The notes beneath the pieces were generated by a model. The model worked only from the letters and a program-made list of their open reading frames with translations, made no database searches and was not told the origin of the DNA. A program made the position numbers and the translations under genes. From positions 9,238,001 to 9,302,000 of the forward strand of contig OZ059894.1 in NCBI GenBank assembly GCA_964057225.1: DNA of 64,000 bases, written 5' to 3'. Shown here one piece after another: positions 37,301 through 51,176 of the stretch. The number at the start of each line of letters is the position of its first letter. Position 1 is the first letter of the stretch. This DNA comes from Auanema rhodensis. Its lineage: Eukaryota > Animalia > Nematoda.

Positions 37301-40300
37301 AAATTTCAGAAATTTAGCTTTTCGAATATAAGAAATATGCTATACATTGACAAGAAATCCAGCCATTCCTTGATTCTTGCTGATGGTAACGTTTGAGACA
37401 GCTGTTCGTTCCCGAATATCATAGCAATTGATACCGTTACCAGTATTATTCATAACAATTGAATTGGTGACGTTCAAACCGTAATATGCTTTATCTAAAG
37501 TAATGATTATATAATTTAATTTATGTTACTTCTTCACTTACCCATAACTGAAGCATGAATTCGGAAGAGAAGATCAACATCTCCAGCCACATAACCAGCA
37601 TTATTACCTTCCAATAAGTGTTCAAGCTGTAGAAATATTGGCTGTCCAGAACTTCTAAAAAACTTTACTGTGTTATACAAAGAAATACAAAAACAATAAC
37701 TCACTTGATGCTTAAGCTTTGAGGATAGATTTCATTTATAATGGGAATTCGCTGTCTTTCAATAGCACATCCATGATGATCTTCGGTAGCATCGCAAACG
37801 ACGAGAGATGTTGATGTCTGTGGTGGATTTCTATTACGAACCGACATAAACTGTATAGAATAAGTGTACGGTAAGCGTGGAGGCAATGACACCGTCTGAA
37901 TATAAGATATTGAGCTTCTGTATGCATTTGAAACAACTTACAAGCCAACAAGGTGATGGGATAGTTGGATCTATGAGTGAGCCATTTGCTAAATGAGCAG
38001 CTATTAAATGTGGAAAGAAGAAATTTGATGGAATTTCATGTTTCTCGCAAATATCTAAGCGGGGTTGTTCCTCGTCATAAACATTCAAATCACGTCTTGA
38101 CCCTGTATAACCTTTGCATTATTAAGAAATTTAATGAATAAGAGCTTACGTATTCCGTGAGAAAGCAGATTTGTACCAACTTTTTGCTTATACCATATGC
38201 CATCACCCCAATTTCCTTCTATTTTCGTCATATTGATGAATAATCGTCCATCAGTTGTATTATCAACAGCTATACCGTGCCCACGATTGAATGAAAATGT
38301 AGAATTAGCTATTAATATTGGTCCTAAATAAATTTAAATAAATTATTTTATATATATTCATATAGTTATTACCTGAACTATCATATATATACATTCCATC
38401 ACGAGCACTGTGCTCAATTCTCAAGCCATTCATGATCGGAGCAACACCTTCTATCCATAACGCTGATGTAACGTTTTTTGTTGCTCTGAATTGCAGTTGT
38501 ATGAGATATTTCGATTATACTCAATCAGAACATACCCATCATATCCAGCATATAAGATATCTATAAACTCTAATCGACTAGCAGATTCTTTTTGTACTGC
38601 AACCATATCAGGATCAGCATTAACATAGCCAAAGGGAGAATTAAAAATTTGAAGGCCTTTCCAGTGACGAGCCCATCCACGGAAAGATGGAGGTCCCCAA
38701 CAAACAAGACCAATATCATCTTCTCCCTTGAAATAAACAATGAAAATAATGTTTCAACTTTAAGACAAACCTGACAAAGATTTTCACTCATCATAATTTT
38801 TTCTGTATTTGATAAACCAGCACAATCCCATAAAGAATTTGCTCCAGGATGACAATTTGGTCGTGGTAAAGCAACCGGATAGGATTCGTTGTTGCGAAGA
38901 TACCATTTATGAAATCCTACAATAATTTGAATAAATAAGAAAATTTTAGAAATTTGGATTTCAGTAAATACGACCGCATGATTTTAATTTCAAATTTCAA
39001 ATGAATGAATTTGAATATGACTTACGTAACTCACGTCATTCACGTGAGCTGTATATGCTTAAATATCAACTCAATACTATTTAGAAAGTGTTTATAATCT
39101 TATTTATTTGATTTTTTATAATATATTATTATATAGTTAGTTATACTAGTAGATTGCATCATTATAAACTATGTGAAAATGGCATATACTATTTACTTCT
39201 AACCATGTCATATATACTATATAATAACTACTGTCCACATCTAGCAATTAACCTATTAAACCACGTTGAGACCCGTCAATAGTGGTTGTTTCGTGTCTTT
39301 TCAACTATGATGATGAATTGGTTTTGAGTTTTCAAAAGATTATGTTATCCCAACAAAGAACTCCATGACTTTCTTCCAATTTACTCAAGGTCTCGCGACA
39401 ATCCAATAATGATCTGTGAACGGATTGGGAGAGTCCCTAATCAAACTTTTCCACTCATTTTTTCCTGAGATTATTATGAACACATACCATACCAAGAAAA
39501 CCGGACAGTTAGCTAGATGAGAAGGACAAACATTGTTCGGATTATGACAGATTTTGCTCAACGACAAAATCATGACAAATGCTTTAAGAATTTTGGCAAA
39601 CTGCTGCAAAACATTAAAAATCATTGCTATTTTAAGAAATATTAATTCTTTTGAATCAAATATTTGAAGCTATAAATAGGAAAAGTGAATAATGATTGGA
39701 ATTTGAATTCGAATTATATCCAAAATAGATGCGAAAATAAACTAATTGGTTAAAATCAAAAAGTTTCTTTTATTTGTTCATTTTCGCTACTTCTATCTGT
39801 TATTTTACTTTTCTAGTTCCTCATAAAATTGGCTGATTGAAAGAGGAATAGTCAATGTGTTCATTCTGAAAAGATGAACAAATGGTCAGGTAGGCCTTTT
39901 TATGATGCTAGAATTCCGACTAGAACGATTGAACGTCAGCCGGCTAAAGGTGCAGAGACACCAATTAGAAGGCGGCAGAAAACAGCATGACACAGCTGGG
40001 TACTTACTATTCATCTCAACAAAAGTAGAAACAAAACAAAATAGTTGCAAAAGGCTGGATGAATGATGTTGTCTGCTTTTTCTGTCATCATACAGAAGAA
40101 TCCCAACCTAAGATGAACAGAAATCAGCTGTGAAACTGAGCATAGAAGAAGAAGTATATTCCATATCCCTATGTAATACATTGGCGAAGTTTGCAATTTT
40201 TTGAGAGAATAAAAAAACATTTAGGATACGCGATCTTGACCTTCCTAATTTTATTCTTCATGGAACTAAAAGGTTTTAGGCAAATCTAGACAGATTGTAT

Positions 40301-43300
40301 CTTATGGTACAATAATCATTTAAACCTTTTCATTACCTCTTCATCTTTTGTTCTTTTACGACTTCTTCCGACACAAAAAAATCTTACTGTAATTTGGCTG
40401 AACGGTAATTGTAACAGGATATTAAAAAGAATATGCTATATAGATGAGATAAGGTTATAGAAAGGTTTTATATATTTTGTATAGCTAACTAATACTGGCT
40501 GGATGCTGAATCTATTGACCCAATATACAAGGAGCTCTGTTCATAATCTCATAATGAGCGTGCGAACGAACGGATAGCTATAGGATATGCATGAAGACAT
40601 CACATTTCCCTCTTACTTTGTTCACTTTCATTCAATCAACATAGCACTTATTCAATCTAGATACGAAACTATTTTTTTTCGTTTCAAGAGCCTACTAATT
40701 AAAGGTTTCTTGCCTACATCTTGCATACATACTTGTAGTCATCTTCAAAGAAATTGAAAAATAAAAAAAGATATTACCTCCATCACCAAATCCCATTGAC
40801 CGACATGCTACACTTGTGTCGATACTTGTCCAGCTTAAAGACAATAGAATTAAGAAAATAAGATTATTTGAGACAGTAATGTATACTGGCTCCCAAAATG
40901 TGGTTTGAATACTCATATTCGAATAGTATTTGACTTACTTTGTAACCATAGTACATACAGATCTCCATCTATCTCGAAATCGTACTTGAAGACGTCCCTA
41001 AACATATACTTTTTTCCCGGGAAATCTATTAAATGAATACCTGTCGAACAGTTGGACCATCAATAAGTCTAAAATCAGGCATAGTATCATCGTAGTTGAG
41101 TTGTTGCTGATATGGAAGCATTTCAATATGTGCAAACTCATTTCCCTACAAAATTAAAATGTTTATTAGTATATAACAAGATGAAATTGGTTAAAAATTT
41201 ATTGCAAATACTATACTTTAACTACTTTTGCAATGATTCTATTAAATTTCTTAAATGTATTCAAACAAGGTGGTCATTTTCAAAATACATTTGGTCTTTA
41301 TTTGAAGAGATATCTTACAGATTTTCTTTAACTTTCACAAATAATAGGATCAAATCATGATGAAATCTCATACTCTTCATTGAAATGTCCTTGTATGTAA
41401 ATGGTGATGAGATTTGAGAATACGCTTGACTGCTTATACACTTAAGATTCAACCCTTCCTATTATCTTTCTTCCAATGACATGATAATTTCTGTGGTCAA
41501 ATCCAAATTAAATGAAAAGACATTTCCAATTCTTTTTTTCAACTTACTACTTGTATTAACTTTCTTTCATCTTTTTTTCTTTTTGAAACAAAAAATTTGA
41601 GGGTCATTTAAAAACATTTTCAAATGGCATTCATCTTTTCAAAAAAACATGAAGATAGACGTATGTATGTATGTATGTGTTGAATGCTGGTGGTTGTGAT
41701 GATTTGTCATGATTCCTTATACTTTCTATGTGTCATTTTTCATCTGAATCATATACTCAAACCGTAATAAATTGCAGTTTCTTCATCAAAACCTCCTACT
41801 CACATTCTGATACCTTTATCAGGTTTCATGTTTTCTTTCAAAAATTGTACAACTTCTTTCTAAAGCGGAACTTTTTGAATGATTATCTAGCAATTTCATT
41901 TAATCATAGTATAGGAAAACATTTTGGGATCATTCTCATGCTGATTCAGGGACTTCTTCTAATATTTGACTTGCATAACACACGACACCCGATGACCTAT
42001 CTCTTTTTCTTTTTCATCTCTTCTACTGCCTTTATCTAATTTCAGCCTTTCTCTTGTCTCTCATAGCAATGTTCATTTCCTATGTCTAGCTACTACGAAC
42101 TAGAGCCACCGTTAACCCTCTAGGTCCCAGCTAACCGTTGATCAAACAAACCAGGTATTCAGCTACATTTATACATAGTATAACAACTAGCTTCAGAAGA
42201 AGAGAAACGGAATATACATACACAGTAAAACAGACTCATAAACGAGAGAGAAAGGTGATGTTAGAGTAGAAGAGAAAGGACCATCAAAGAAATAAGAGAA
42301 AGAGAGAAGTGAGGAGATGAGCCATACGGACTTAAATGAACTTCACATGTTCTCTCTCATTCAAATGCTTTATATTTACCATTTTCTGTATGAATATTGA
42401 TCATTTCTATTCACAAAAGAAACAATAAACTAAGTTGGAGAAGGTTTTATATGGAAGAAAGATTTGGAAAGAATCTTTGTCTCAATGGCTCATGAGCCAT
42501 CATGTTAAGCAAGCAAACGTACCATCTATTGATCGTACGGATTAAACCTTCACAATTGACAATATCAAAGTCGGATTGCAAATATCCAATCCAATCTCAT
42601 AATCAAAGAAAAAGAATTTTTAGCTTCTTTATCCAAATAATATTACCCAAAATGGTTTTTCTTTCTGCTCTCAAAAAAGTAATTAAGGAACAAGTAAACA
42701 AACTTTCTTATCAGATTGTTGCGCAAGAGGGTTAGACGTTTGCGGTCATCTAAGATAGAGTTTTCCCTCCATCAAAAGATCTTTAAGGCGTTAGCCAACT
42801 TATTTTTTTTTGATAAAAACTAAGGAAGTATTGATGCATCAAGAGACAAATTCTCTTCTTTCTTTTTTTTTTCAAAAAATAAAAACTTGGACAATGCCAG
42901 TGTATAGCTCGAATGGCTATTGCAGCATGAATCGCTCAAAATTTTATTCCATGCGTCATCGGGAAATAGATAAAACATTTGAAATTATTGGCAAACATCC
43001 AAAAAATAAATGGCAGATCATAAAAATTTGAATTTGTTTTATCAAAGGTTAATGTTTGTTGTCTTTTGAATCGAAATAGTTCCCGATAAGCCAAAAAGAT
43101 TTGATGACCATGAATAGTAAAAAGTATTGAATGAACTAGAAATAACATAATGATAACAGGTTGTAATTATTGAAATTATAAATAAAATATGTAAAGAATT
43201 TGAAAATAAAAGAAATGAGCAAATATAACTTACTATGGCCTGAATAGCTCCTTTAACCTTGAGACCAACTCCAGTATCAAAATACATTTGGACACCAGTC

Positions 43301-43521
43301 TCAATAGTCAGTGTTGCTCCAACTTCAACTGTTAAATCCGACATTACCCGGTAGGGCGAATTACGGAAAAACAATGTGATGTTGTTGGAATAGACACCTC
43401 CAAGTGTATTTCGAATAGATTGACGAGGCTGTTGAAGTCCTCGATCCAGAGGGACTTGGCCCTGAGGTAATACAGTCCCATAATGGGAAATTAGAAATAA
43501 AAATAGTAGCAGTATCCTCAT
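28322..43521 (-). CDS. bark: Bark beetle/Anakonda-like giant type I membrane protein (three SRCR modules, parallel beta-helix repeats, CUB-like segments, C-type lectin, TM, Ser/Thr-rich tail)
   Basis: Signal peptide MRILLLFLFLISHYG (ATG at 43521). SPYRVMSDLTVEVGATLTIETGV-type repeats precede three SRCR domains (GRLQVRFRDRWRSVC; EGRLEV...ACNQLG...RCEENEVDLTRC; VCRQLG...ECKGNEPSLDRC). Also present are Asn-rich beta-helix exons, a C-type lectin (CPAGW...SCFLF...AVSYC...PFLCEK), a TM segment (GVVIAIVILSILVALVFLLAFCWC) and a C-terminal ESTV PDZ-binding motif. Confidence 0.85.
29836..29907 (-). tRNA. tRNA-Ala: tRNA-Ala(AGC), inside an intron of the bark-like gene on the same strand
   Basis: The reverse complement is GGGGATA TA GCTC AGTGGTA GAGC G CTCCC TTAGCAT GGGAG AGGGC TGGGG TTCAATT CCCCA TATCTCC A. 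It has anticodon AGC, the G3:U70 Ala determinant and a downstream T-run terminator (A run at 29825-29831). Confidence 0.96.
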
Positions 43522-45632
43522 AACAGCATTCAGAATAAATTGATGACGGGATAGCAAAACCCGTGAATAATGATGAAGAATTTGAAACCTCTATCAATGA
43601 TTAGTCAAACTAAAGAATATTGCTTGGTACTGCTGAAACACACTAACTAAGTTCTATGTTTAAACGATCAAATACATGCTACAACAAGGAAGAACAAGAA
43701 AAAATGTGAGAAGAAAGAAAAAATCAAGAAAAAACGGGAAATAGTTAGCATTTTGAAAAGCAGAAGATGAAGCTTGAGCACACCAAATATACTTTCCGGT
43801 CTAATGGAGGTGATAACAGACAATATGAATCACCATATGAATGCATCATGAGAATTTTGAATGTTTGTTTATTTATCGGAAAATCGATACAAAATGAAGA
43901 AAATCTCAGTTTCTCTAGATATGTACATATACTTTTGATTCTACTTTTAACACGAAATAGCGGAAAATATACAATTTTCAAGTATTAATGTTCATAGCAT
44001 TTGTAGAAGTCATAGATTAGTTCACAAAGTTAATGAGCAAAAACTTTCAAAGAAAAAATAAAAAATTCAAAATCCGACACGAAATTCATCTTCAATATGG
44101 GATTTGATAGAAACAAATACAGATGAATCAGAAATAATGCTCTCTAGTGACCATTTGGTCTCAAAGCAGGTGAATAATTCAAAGATGATATCATTTGAAG
44201 AAAATAGCTACTGTATCGGATGAAGTCAGCTGTCATCTGAAGTAGTCTGTTATGATGACCGTCAAACGGCTTCATCTAACTGTACTGGACCGAAAGGGAC
44301 ACATGCACACATGTTCATGTATGGACCAGGTGTAGTCCTTACCAGTCCAATCTATCGATCGAAGGACAAACGGCTTTGTAGGTAGGGCAATCATCATAGC
44401 ACCGTGGTCAACCTAAAAAGAGGCGGAGTCTCTATGTATATATGTGTGTGTTCTGTCTCAAATTATAGATTATAAGGATATATGAGAGAGACAGAGAAAA
44501 ATGATGCACAGAAGACGATAGAGCATAGCAATGAGAGAGAAAGAGTAGTAAGAAGGAGAGAAATGAAGAAGTATGAAGAGATAGAGAGGCCGACTAGCTG
44601 GCCAGTCCCAGTCCTTTCTTGGCAAGCCGTTGCCAGAGTGACCCTTTAGCTGCCGGCAGTCTCTGCCACGTACTACTATTCTCTTATATCCCTTATTAGG
44701 ACAGATAGTGGTTCAGATCCTGTGTCATCTACCTATCCTCTCATTCCCATTCAGTCGTCTCAATATCTCCATACTTCTTTATATCTCTAGCAATCCCCCT
44801 CATTGACCTCTCGAAGATCTATTCAGTCGTCTTCAAACCACCTTGACTGCCATTAACTGTCACCCTGGTGCCATTGGTGACAGTACAAATATTTTTTTGG
44901 CGACAACAATAAAAGGAAAGAAACAGGTGAATATGAACACAGATATATCTTAATATCACATTTTACGGAAATCCGAAATGCATCATGTGCCATAAGTCTC
45001 GAATAGGGAAATCTTTTGCCTATGTTCTCAAGATATTTCTGTTATAGACTCATACGAAATTGTAGTTTGATGGACTAATCCTCGAATAATTCACGCATAG
45101 TAACCAAAGCAATCGATGTAATGTGTTTATCTTTCGTTACCTTTCCTCTGCAAGCATATGTATTTTCATGGAACGAAGAGAAATGCCAATCGAATAAACG
45201 CTCTGTGTATTTCTACTGCATTTCAAAGAACTTTTTTGCTATTCCTGCCATCATTTGTTTGAAAAATATTATTCTCTTTTTTCTGGATTTTGTCTGATTT
45301 CCCAGACCGGCAACACACCTAAAGTATTGCACTAACTTTCTAACAAATTATTCATGAAATTCGTTGAACAGCTCCTGCCTCCAACCTGAACCGTTCATTT
45401 CGTGGTGTCATTAACAGAGAAAGACTAATTTTTTTTAATAAAAGTCATCTTTTGAGATCATAATTTATATTTTTGATGTTTAAATATACGAAAAGTAATG
45501 ATTCTTCTCTCATTTTCCGACTGGCAGATCTCGAAGCGTATTGGTCAATTTATCGCTTGAATAATTCTCCCTTGAAAATTGAAAAAAAAAGAAAGAATTC
45601 ACATATTCTTTATAAGGAGTTTCTTTCAGACT

Positions 45633-45791
45633 ATGCAGCCACACATCTTCAACAGCTATCTTTTAGCCCTTGTTGGAATATGTGCTGTCTTGGCCATCAT
45701 TGCCGGCTTAACACTTCTGATGAATCCTCCATTGCGTCGTCTAAAGCTTCGATACTTTCCCGGAGAGCAAGAATATGAGCTCATAACTTGA
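45633..45791 (+). CDS. Putative single-pass membrane microprotein (52 aa), or the terminal exon of a small gene
   Basis: A TTCTTTCAG acceptor lies 3 nt before the ATG. The product MQPHIFNSYLLALVGICAVLAIIAGLTLLMNPPLRRLKLRYFPGEQEYELIT* has a ~20-aa hydrophobic helix followed by basic residues. I recognise no homologue. Confidence 0.4.
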   Translation: MQPHIFNSYLLALVGICAVLAIIAGLTLLMNPPLRRLKLRYFPGEQEYELIT

Positions 45792-46884
45792 ATTCTATAT
45801 TTGGTAAAACTTCGCGAGTTTTGCATGTTGTCCACAAATCGATACATTTTCATTTTCGGATAACCTTGTTGAAATCTTTTTTCTCAATCTCGTCATTTTT
45901 CCAGAAAGCATGAAAGTATATTTTGAGATTAGCAATATTAGCATTAGCGAATGCACGAATCCCGGAACCAAAAATAACTTCCACCAGTAGTAAACGTGGA
46001 AAAACCTGAATTCAACTTCAGATTAAGCTGAATCAAAATATTCACTAACATTAGACATTAGTACTTCTATAGTTTATCTATTTATCTATATAAATGTGTA
46101 TTTAAGTATGACTTATGGGTCCTCAGAAATTGTGATGCCAGTTAGATACAATCTCTTCCCACTACATCAATCTTCTAATTACGTCATCAATAGACTTTGT
46201 CAGATTTTCCATCACATCTATAATTAGTTTTATTTTTGTTGTGACAAAAAATTATAATTTGGCAATTAAATAATGTTTTTAACAATAAAGCTTTACATAT
46301 TTCTATAAAATCTTCAATTTCAGGAGTTTTAATAGAACTCATTTCAGTTCTTCTATCTAAACTTCATCTCCTTGCGAAGAAGCTTCAACTATTCTCAGAA
46401 TATATTTCATTTTTCAAACAAAAATTTGACTAAAGTAAATCAAAAATACGCTTTCACAAGAAGGAAGAATCAGGCAACTCATCCGAGACTCCATAAAAGC
46501 TTTAGCTTCCAAGCTGCAGCTGTTGGAAACTTGACGATTTCAATGTCTTAATGCTAGCTCTTCCAATACTATCTTTGTTTCTCTGAATTCTCCAATAATG
46601 AAGCACAGCTAGTTATGAATCTGTGACTGATTTAAGGATTACCCAGCAACTAAGGCAATCAAGAAGCCTAATTAGGGTCCTCCACATTCACGAAGGACAA
46701 ATCATGCTTTGACTAAGTTGAAGGCTTGATTCAACTTGACAGACACTTCCTTAAGAGTCGCTACAAACTTTATTACATTTTGAGCTTTGACAAGTAGTAA
46801 TATACACGTTAATATTTCAAAAACTGAAATTATCACATTTGAGACTATTTACAATAAAAATAAATTACAACAAAAGCTAAATTT

Positions 46885-49800
46885 TCACATTTTTAGTTGG
46901 TTATAGCATCCAAAATGGGCAAGACTACCATCGGCAGGAAACCGAACAAAGGCACTAAAATTGAAAATAGATGTGATTATGAATCAGACAGAATGCTTAC
47001 CAAATTCCAATTTTTTTGTTACATTCCTTACATTCACTAGAATTTGAAACTACAATTCTTGTACTTTCAGCGTTTTTTAAACGAGTTTCTGACAATTCCA
47101 CGGCTGCTGTGCAGACGGCTCTTCTTAAGGAGTACTGAAAAGTTCCAACAATGACCTATTCATTGCCTGGTAGCTGAAAGTAAAGTAAAAAAACTTACAG
47201 CAGTAGCTTCGTTATGAACTGTTTGGAGAACAGCATTCAATGCTTTAGATAGCATAGATAATGGTGTATCCGGAGGTAATATGGATAGAGCAGTAACTAC
47301 AAAAACAATGAATTAGTATGAATACGTTGTTAGATTTCCATACTTGTATCAATTTTATCAGCATACATACTCAAAATTTTGATAGCACTTTGAACATCAG
47401 GTGCTGGTGTAGGTAGAACTTGCTCTATCAAACATGATATTGAAGGATCAGCAGGCGATATGTAAGACTTGAACCACAACACATAAACCTGAAAAACATG
47501 TACTGAAAAAAAATAAAATAAAAATTCAACCTGTGAATCATATTGATCATTTTTGTCATAGTACAATTTACAGTATTTCTCTGCCGCTTGAAAGTCAGAT
47601 AGCACAGATGTATATATGTTTAAAGCCTAGAAAATAAGAAATCTTGCAAAAAGTTGCAACTATGATTCTACCTGCTCATGTTGTTTGAGACGACCAAGAA
47701 TTAAAGCTCGCTCCTCATAAAATGCTGAAACCAGAGAACCAGGATCATATTAATAAGATGAAAGATTACGATGTTTCTTTAGTTGGAACAAAATTGATTG
47801 TGGGTTATATACCAAAGAGAATTGTAAGAACTTGATTAGCTTCTTTCTGTATACACCAAGATCACCATGCTCTTCCCCAGCTTTGTCCATTACTTGTTCT
47901 ACAACAAATATGAAAATTGTTTTAAAAAAAAAGGAAATTTGAAAAATGAACCATCTCGGAACGCATGTGTATATCCTTCCATGAGTTTTCGCACTTTGAT
48001 AACATAGTACTCAACTAATTGTTCATGAATATGAGGTGAATTATCTTCCCAATCATAAATCAAATGCTCCTAAAAAATTTATATAAAACATTATAATAGT
48101 TTCTTTCACATGCCAAATATGGAATTACTCCTTGCACACAGTTTTCTATCAAAAAATTTAAAACCCGCCCTCTGTCTAGAGTACGAGCAACATCTGAATC
48201 TTCTCCTATAAAAATCTGAAAAAGTAAAATTAGCTAGACATAATCATAATAACATACTGATAATCCTTCTTCAATGTCTTTAGCCAGTAAAGATTTAGCA
48301 TATTTGAAAATGAGTTCAAGATGAGTATTTCCTAAGCTTTGAAGATATTCGATAATTTTGTAAGTACCCTGAAAATAATTTAATTCGAATACAAATTATT
48401 TGAATAAATATTACTCGAAAAAGTGGTTCAGCATCCGGATTTTGCATCTGTTGGTACAACAACTCAAGAGCTGAAAAAAAATTTAAGTATTTTTTGTATC
48501 ATGGTCTTCAAACCCATTTCATGTTTCTTCCGAGTCTCATAGAGAATGAAGAGGGATGAAGTACGACCTTCACTTTTCAGAATACTTTCAGCATCGTCGA
48601 AGTAACATGAGTTATTATGAAGACGAAGTAATGAATCAACCATCATTTGATTAGTCTATATAGAAAATTGCAAATTAATATTGAAACTTCTGATATACCT
48701 TCAAATAACATTTCAACAAAGTTGTGTCGACCATTTGTAGTTCAATAAGCAATCTCTGAACATCATTGAAGTATATTAAAAACTTTTTGAATAAACTAAA
48801 AAAACATTTCAATACAAATCTGAATTTCATTCAAAAGGGTGCTCAATTCAAAATTTTAGAATAAAGCTTACGTGACTTTCACGTAAATAGCCTCATTTTT
48901 TCACGAGCATGCACAGATGCGGTTGATCATTAATACATTTTCAGGCACGTCAGAAATAAACTAATATGGTGCTAGCAAAATTAAAAAGTAAAGAACCTTC
49001 GATTCCTCAGTTGTTAATGAAGATTGTTTAAATGACGTTCTTATTTTGTTATTTTGATCCAATAACTTTGTATATTCCGATCGAACCTGAAAATATGAGT
49101 TTGGAAACACATAAGCGGCGTAAGAAGCTACTTCTGACAGGTATTTACTAAGAGCCAAAAGAGCACGTTTCTTATCATTAGCCGGAAAATCAAAAAGATT
49201 TTGAGTTTGCCTGTATTTTTCAGGCAATAATTCGGGGAATAACTGAATAATAGAAATAACATCTGAAAAAAGTTGAACTGTGAAAGGTACTTATTTTCAT
49301 AATACCTGTTTTTATTTCCCGATGAAGAGAAAAAGCTTGTTCAAATTTTTTCAAATGGAAAAGATTTAACGCTGCTTGTTTTTTAATTTCACTACGATTT
49401 TCATCAGTGAAAGTATTCGAAGCATCCTAAATTTTAAAAAATAAACAATATCTTGATCAATCGAGCTTACGGCTAGTTGAATTGCAAGGTCAAAGTGTTT
49501 CTCCGAAATCAGGCTTCCGACAATTTTTCGCACATTTCCACTGCAATCAAGCATCCACAAACCTTTCGGACTTCCAACATATAACTGACCGCTGAAACAG
49601 TTTCAAAATATTATTCGAAAAACTTCAAAGTCGGGAAAAGGTTAAAGATTACGTACAGAACTCCATTGCATACAAACTGGGCTCTATTCAAAGTTATACA
49701 TTGAATAAGAAGAGGTGGAGATAAAGAATGAACTTCAATTCTTCCTTTCGTGAGAACTCCCATTAGAAAGGGTGGATCATAAGCTTAAAATTAGAATTTA

Positions 49801-50887
49801 CTGAACATTCGAATAATTATACATACCTAAACTTAACGGCGGATCAGAAAACTTGACCTCAGAACAAAGAGAAGGCGTTTTAGAAGGATCAATAACAACC
49901 AATGTTTCGCCTCTGCATAATCCTATCTAAACTTTTAAAACAATAGCAACAATAAGCTTATGAACTAACTTGTCCTCTATCCTTGATATCAACTATGACG
50001 GGTAAATTCGAGCTTACACCGAATTTAAAAACGTCACCAAACCAAGTCTACAAATTTGCTTTCACTTCAGTTATGCTTTAAGATATTCACCTCTATTTCG
50101 GCATCAGCGCTAGAGACGTCGTTGAACTTTACGGTGAAATATTCATCACGTACAGAAAAGACAGCAGAATCCCGACACATGCTGGAAAATGAAGGATCAT
50201 TGAAATCATTATCAAGCTCGCACCGAAAATTAGAAGGATTGTCCGCGAAGGAAAGGTTATAATCTAAGTTGACATCTTGAAATTCATGATCAGCTCCAGA
50301 ATTCTTTCCCAGCCATTTGAACAAGAACAATCTCTTTTTAGAAGATAACAGAATATAAAGAGAGTTTTCACCCTGTATGCATTTATATTTCAATATTTAT
50401 AATTCGTTTCACCGACCTTCAATTTCATAATCATATAACTATGCACAGGCTTCACCTTATACAAAATACTTATAACTGGGTAGGATGGATCGGCGAGATT
50501 ATGAACTCTCAACTTAAATTTGATTTCTCTGTTTTTTAATCTTGGGTTAAATACATACGGTTCCATCAGAAACACAAAGAATAAGCTCCTCCTGCTCACA
50601 TACAGTCATATCCATAACTGCTTTTCTTTCGAAACCGTTACAACAACCATAATCAAATCCACGTTTGTCTAAACACCGTTTTAATGATTTTACATAAATG
50701 TTTTAGTCACTTGGAGTATAAATAAACAAATTCCCATCTCTACTCCCTGCGTAAACCGTTTTCGAAGATTCTGAAACATAGTTTTAATTGAAAAATCAAC
50801 TTTCTACTCATTACTTTGACTGGCTAGTGATGATACCTCGGACGGTAAATTAGAAGATATTTCAGATACAGAATAAGCATCAAACAT
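46885..50887 (-). CDS. vps-39: Vam6/Vps39 HOPS complex subunit
   Basis: N-terminus MFDAYSVSEISSNLP followed by a CNH-like region. Internal motifs are VDTTLLKCY, SLLRLHNNSC, LFILYETRKKHEMAL, AGEEHGDLGVYRKKLIKFL and FYEERALILGRLKQHEQAL. The C-terminal Zn finger is C..C.KKIG.SAFVRFP.G...HFGC, with the stop TGA at 46885-46887. Confidence 0.93.
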
Positions 50888-51176
50888 TTTTAAACAATTG
50901 TTAAACCATAAGGAAATGTGCTTAAAATTCCAAGTTTTGAGTAGTTTTACAAAGCCTTTTTAAGTCGTCAGCAACAAGGGGTGATAGAACAATCAACTTT
51001 TCGATTACGGTAGACTCTCGTAATTTCACGTATTTTCTTCACGCAGTAATAAACATTGAATTAAGCATATATATTTTATTATAATTTGATATACATATAA
51101 TTAGAACCTTTTCTAAGCTTACTACTTGATCAGAAGCCGGTTATCATATAAGTTAATTATCGAATATAACAAAAAA
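50888..51176. promoter_or_regulatory. Short bidirectional promoter region between vps-39 and CDK5RAP3
   Basis: The two start codons point away from each other only 289 bp apart. Confidence 0.6.

Noticed and set aside
28341-38774. Plus-strand ORFs within the bark-like gene (e.g. 28341-28652, 31165-31476, 35450-35635, 38592-38774)
   Set aside because: They are antisense shadows of real minus-strand exons.
39385-40220. Nested gene or alternative exons in the large bark intron
   Set aside because: Splice-like signals exist, but I could not build a frame-consistent exon or a recognisable protein. RNA-seq would be needed.
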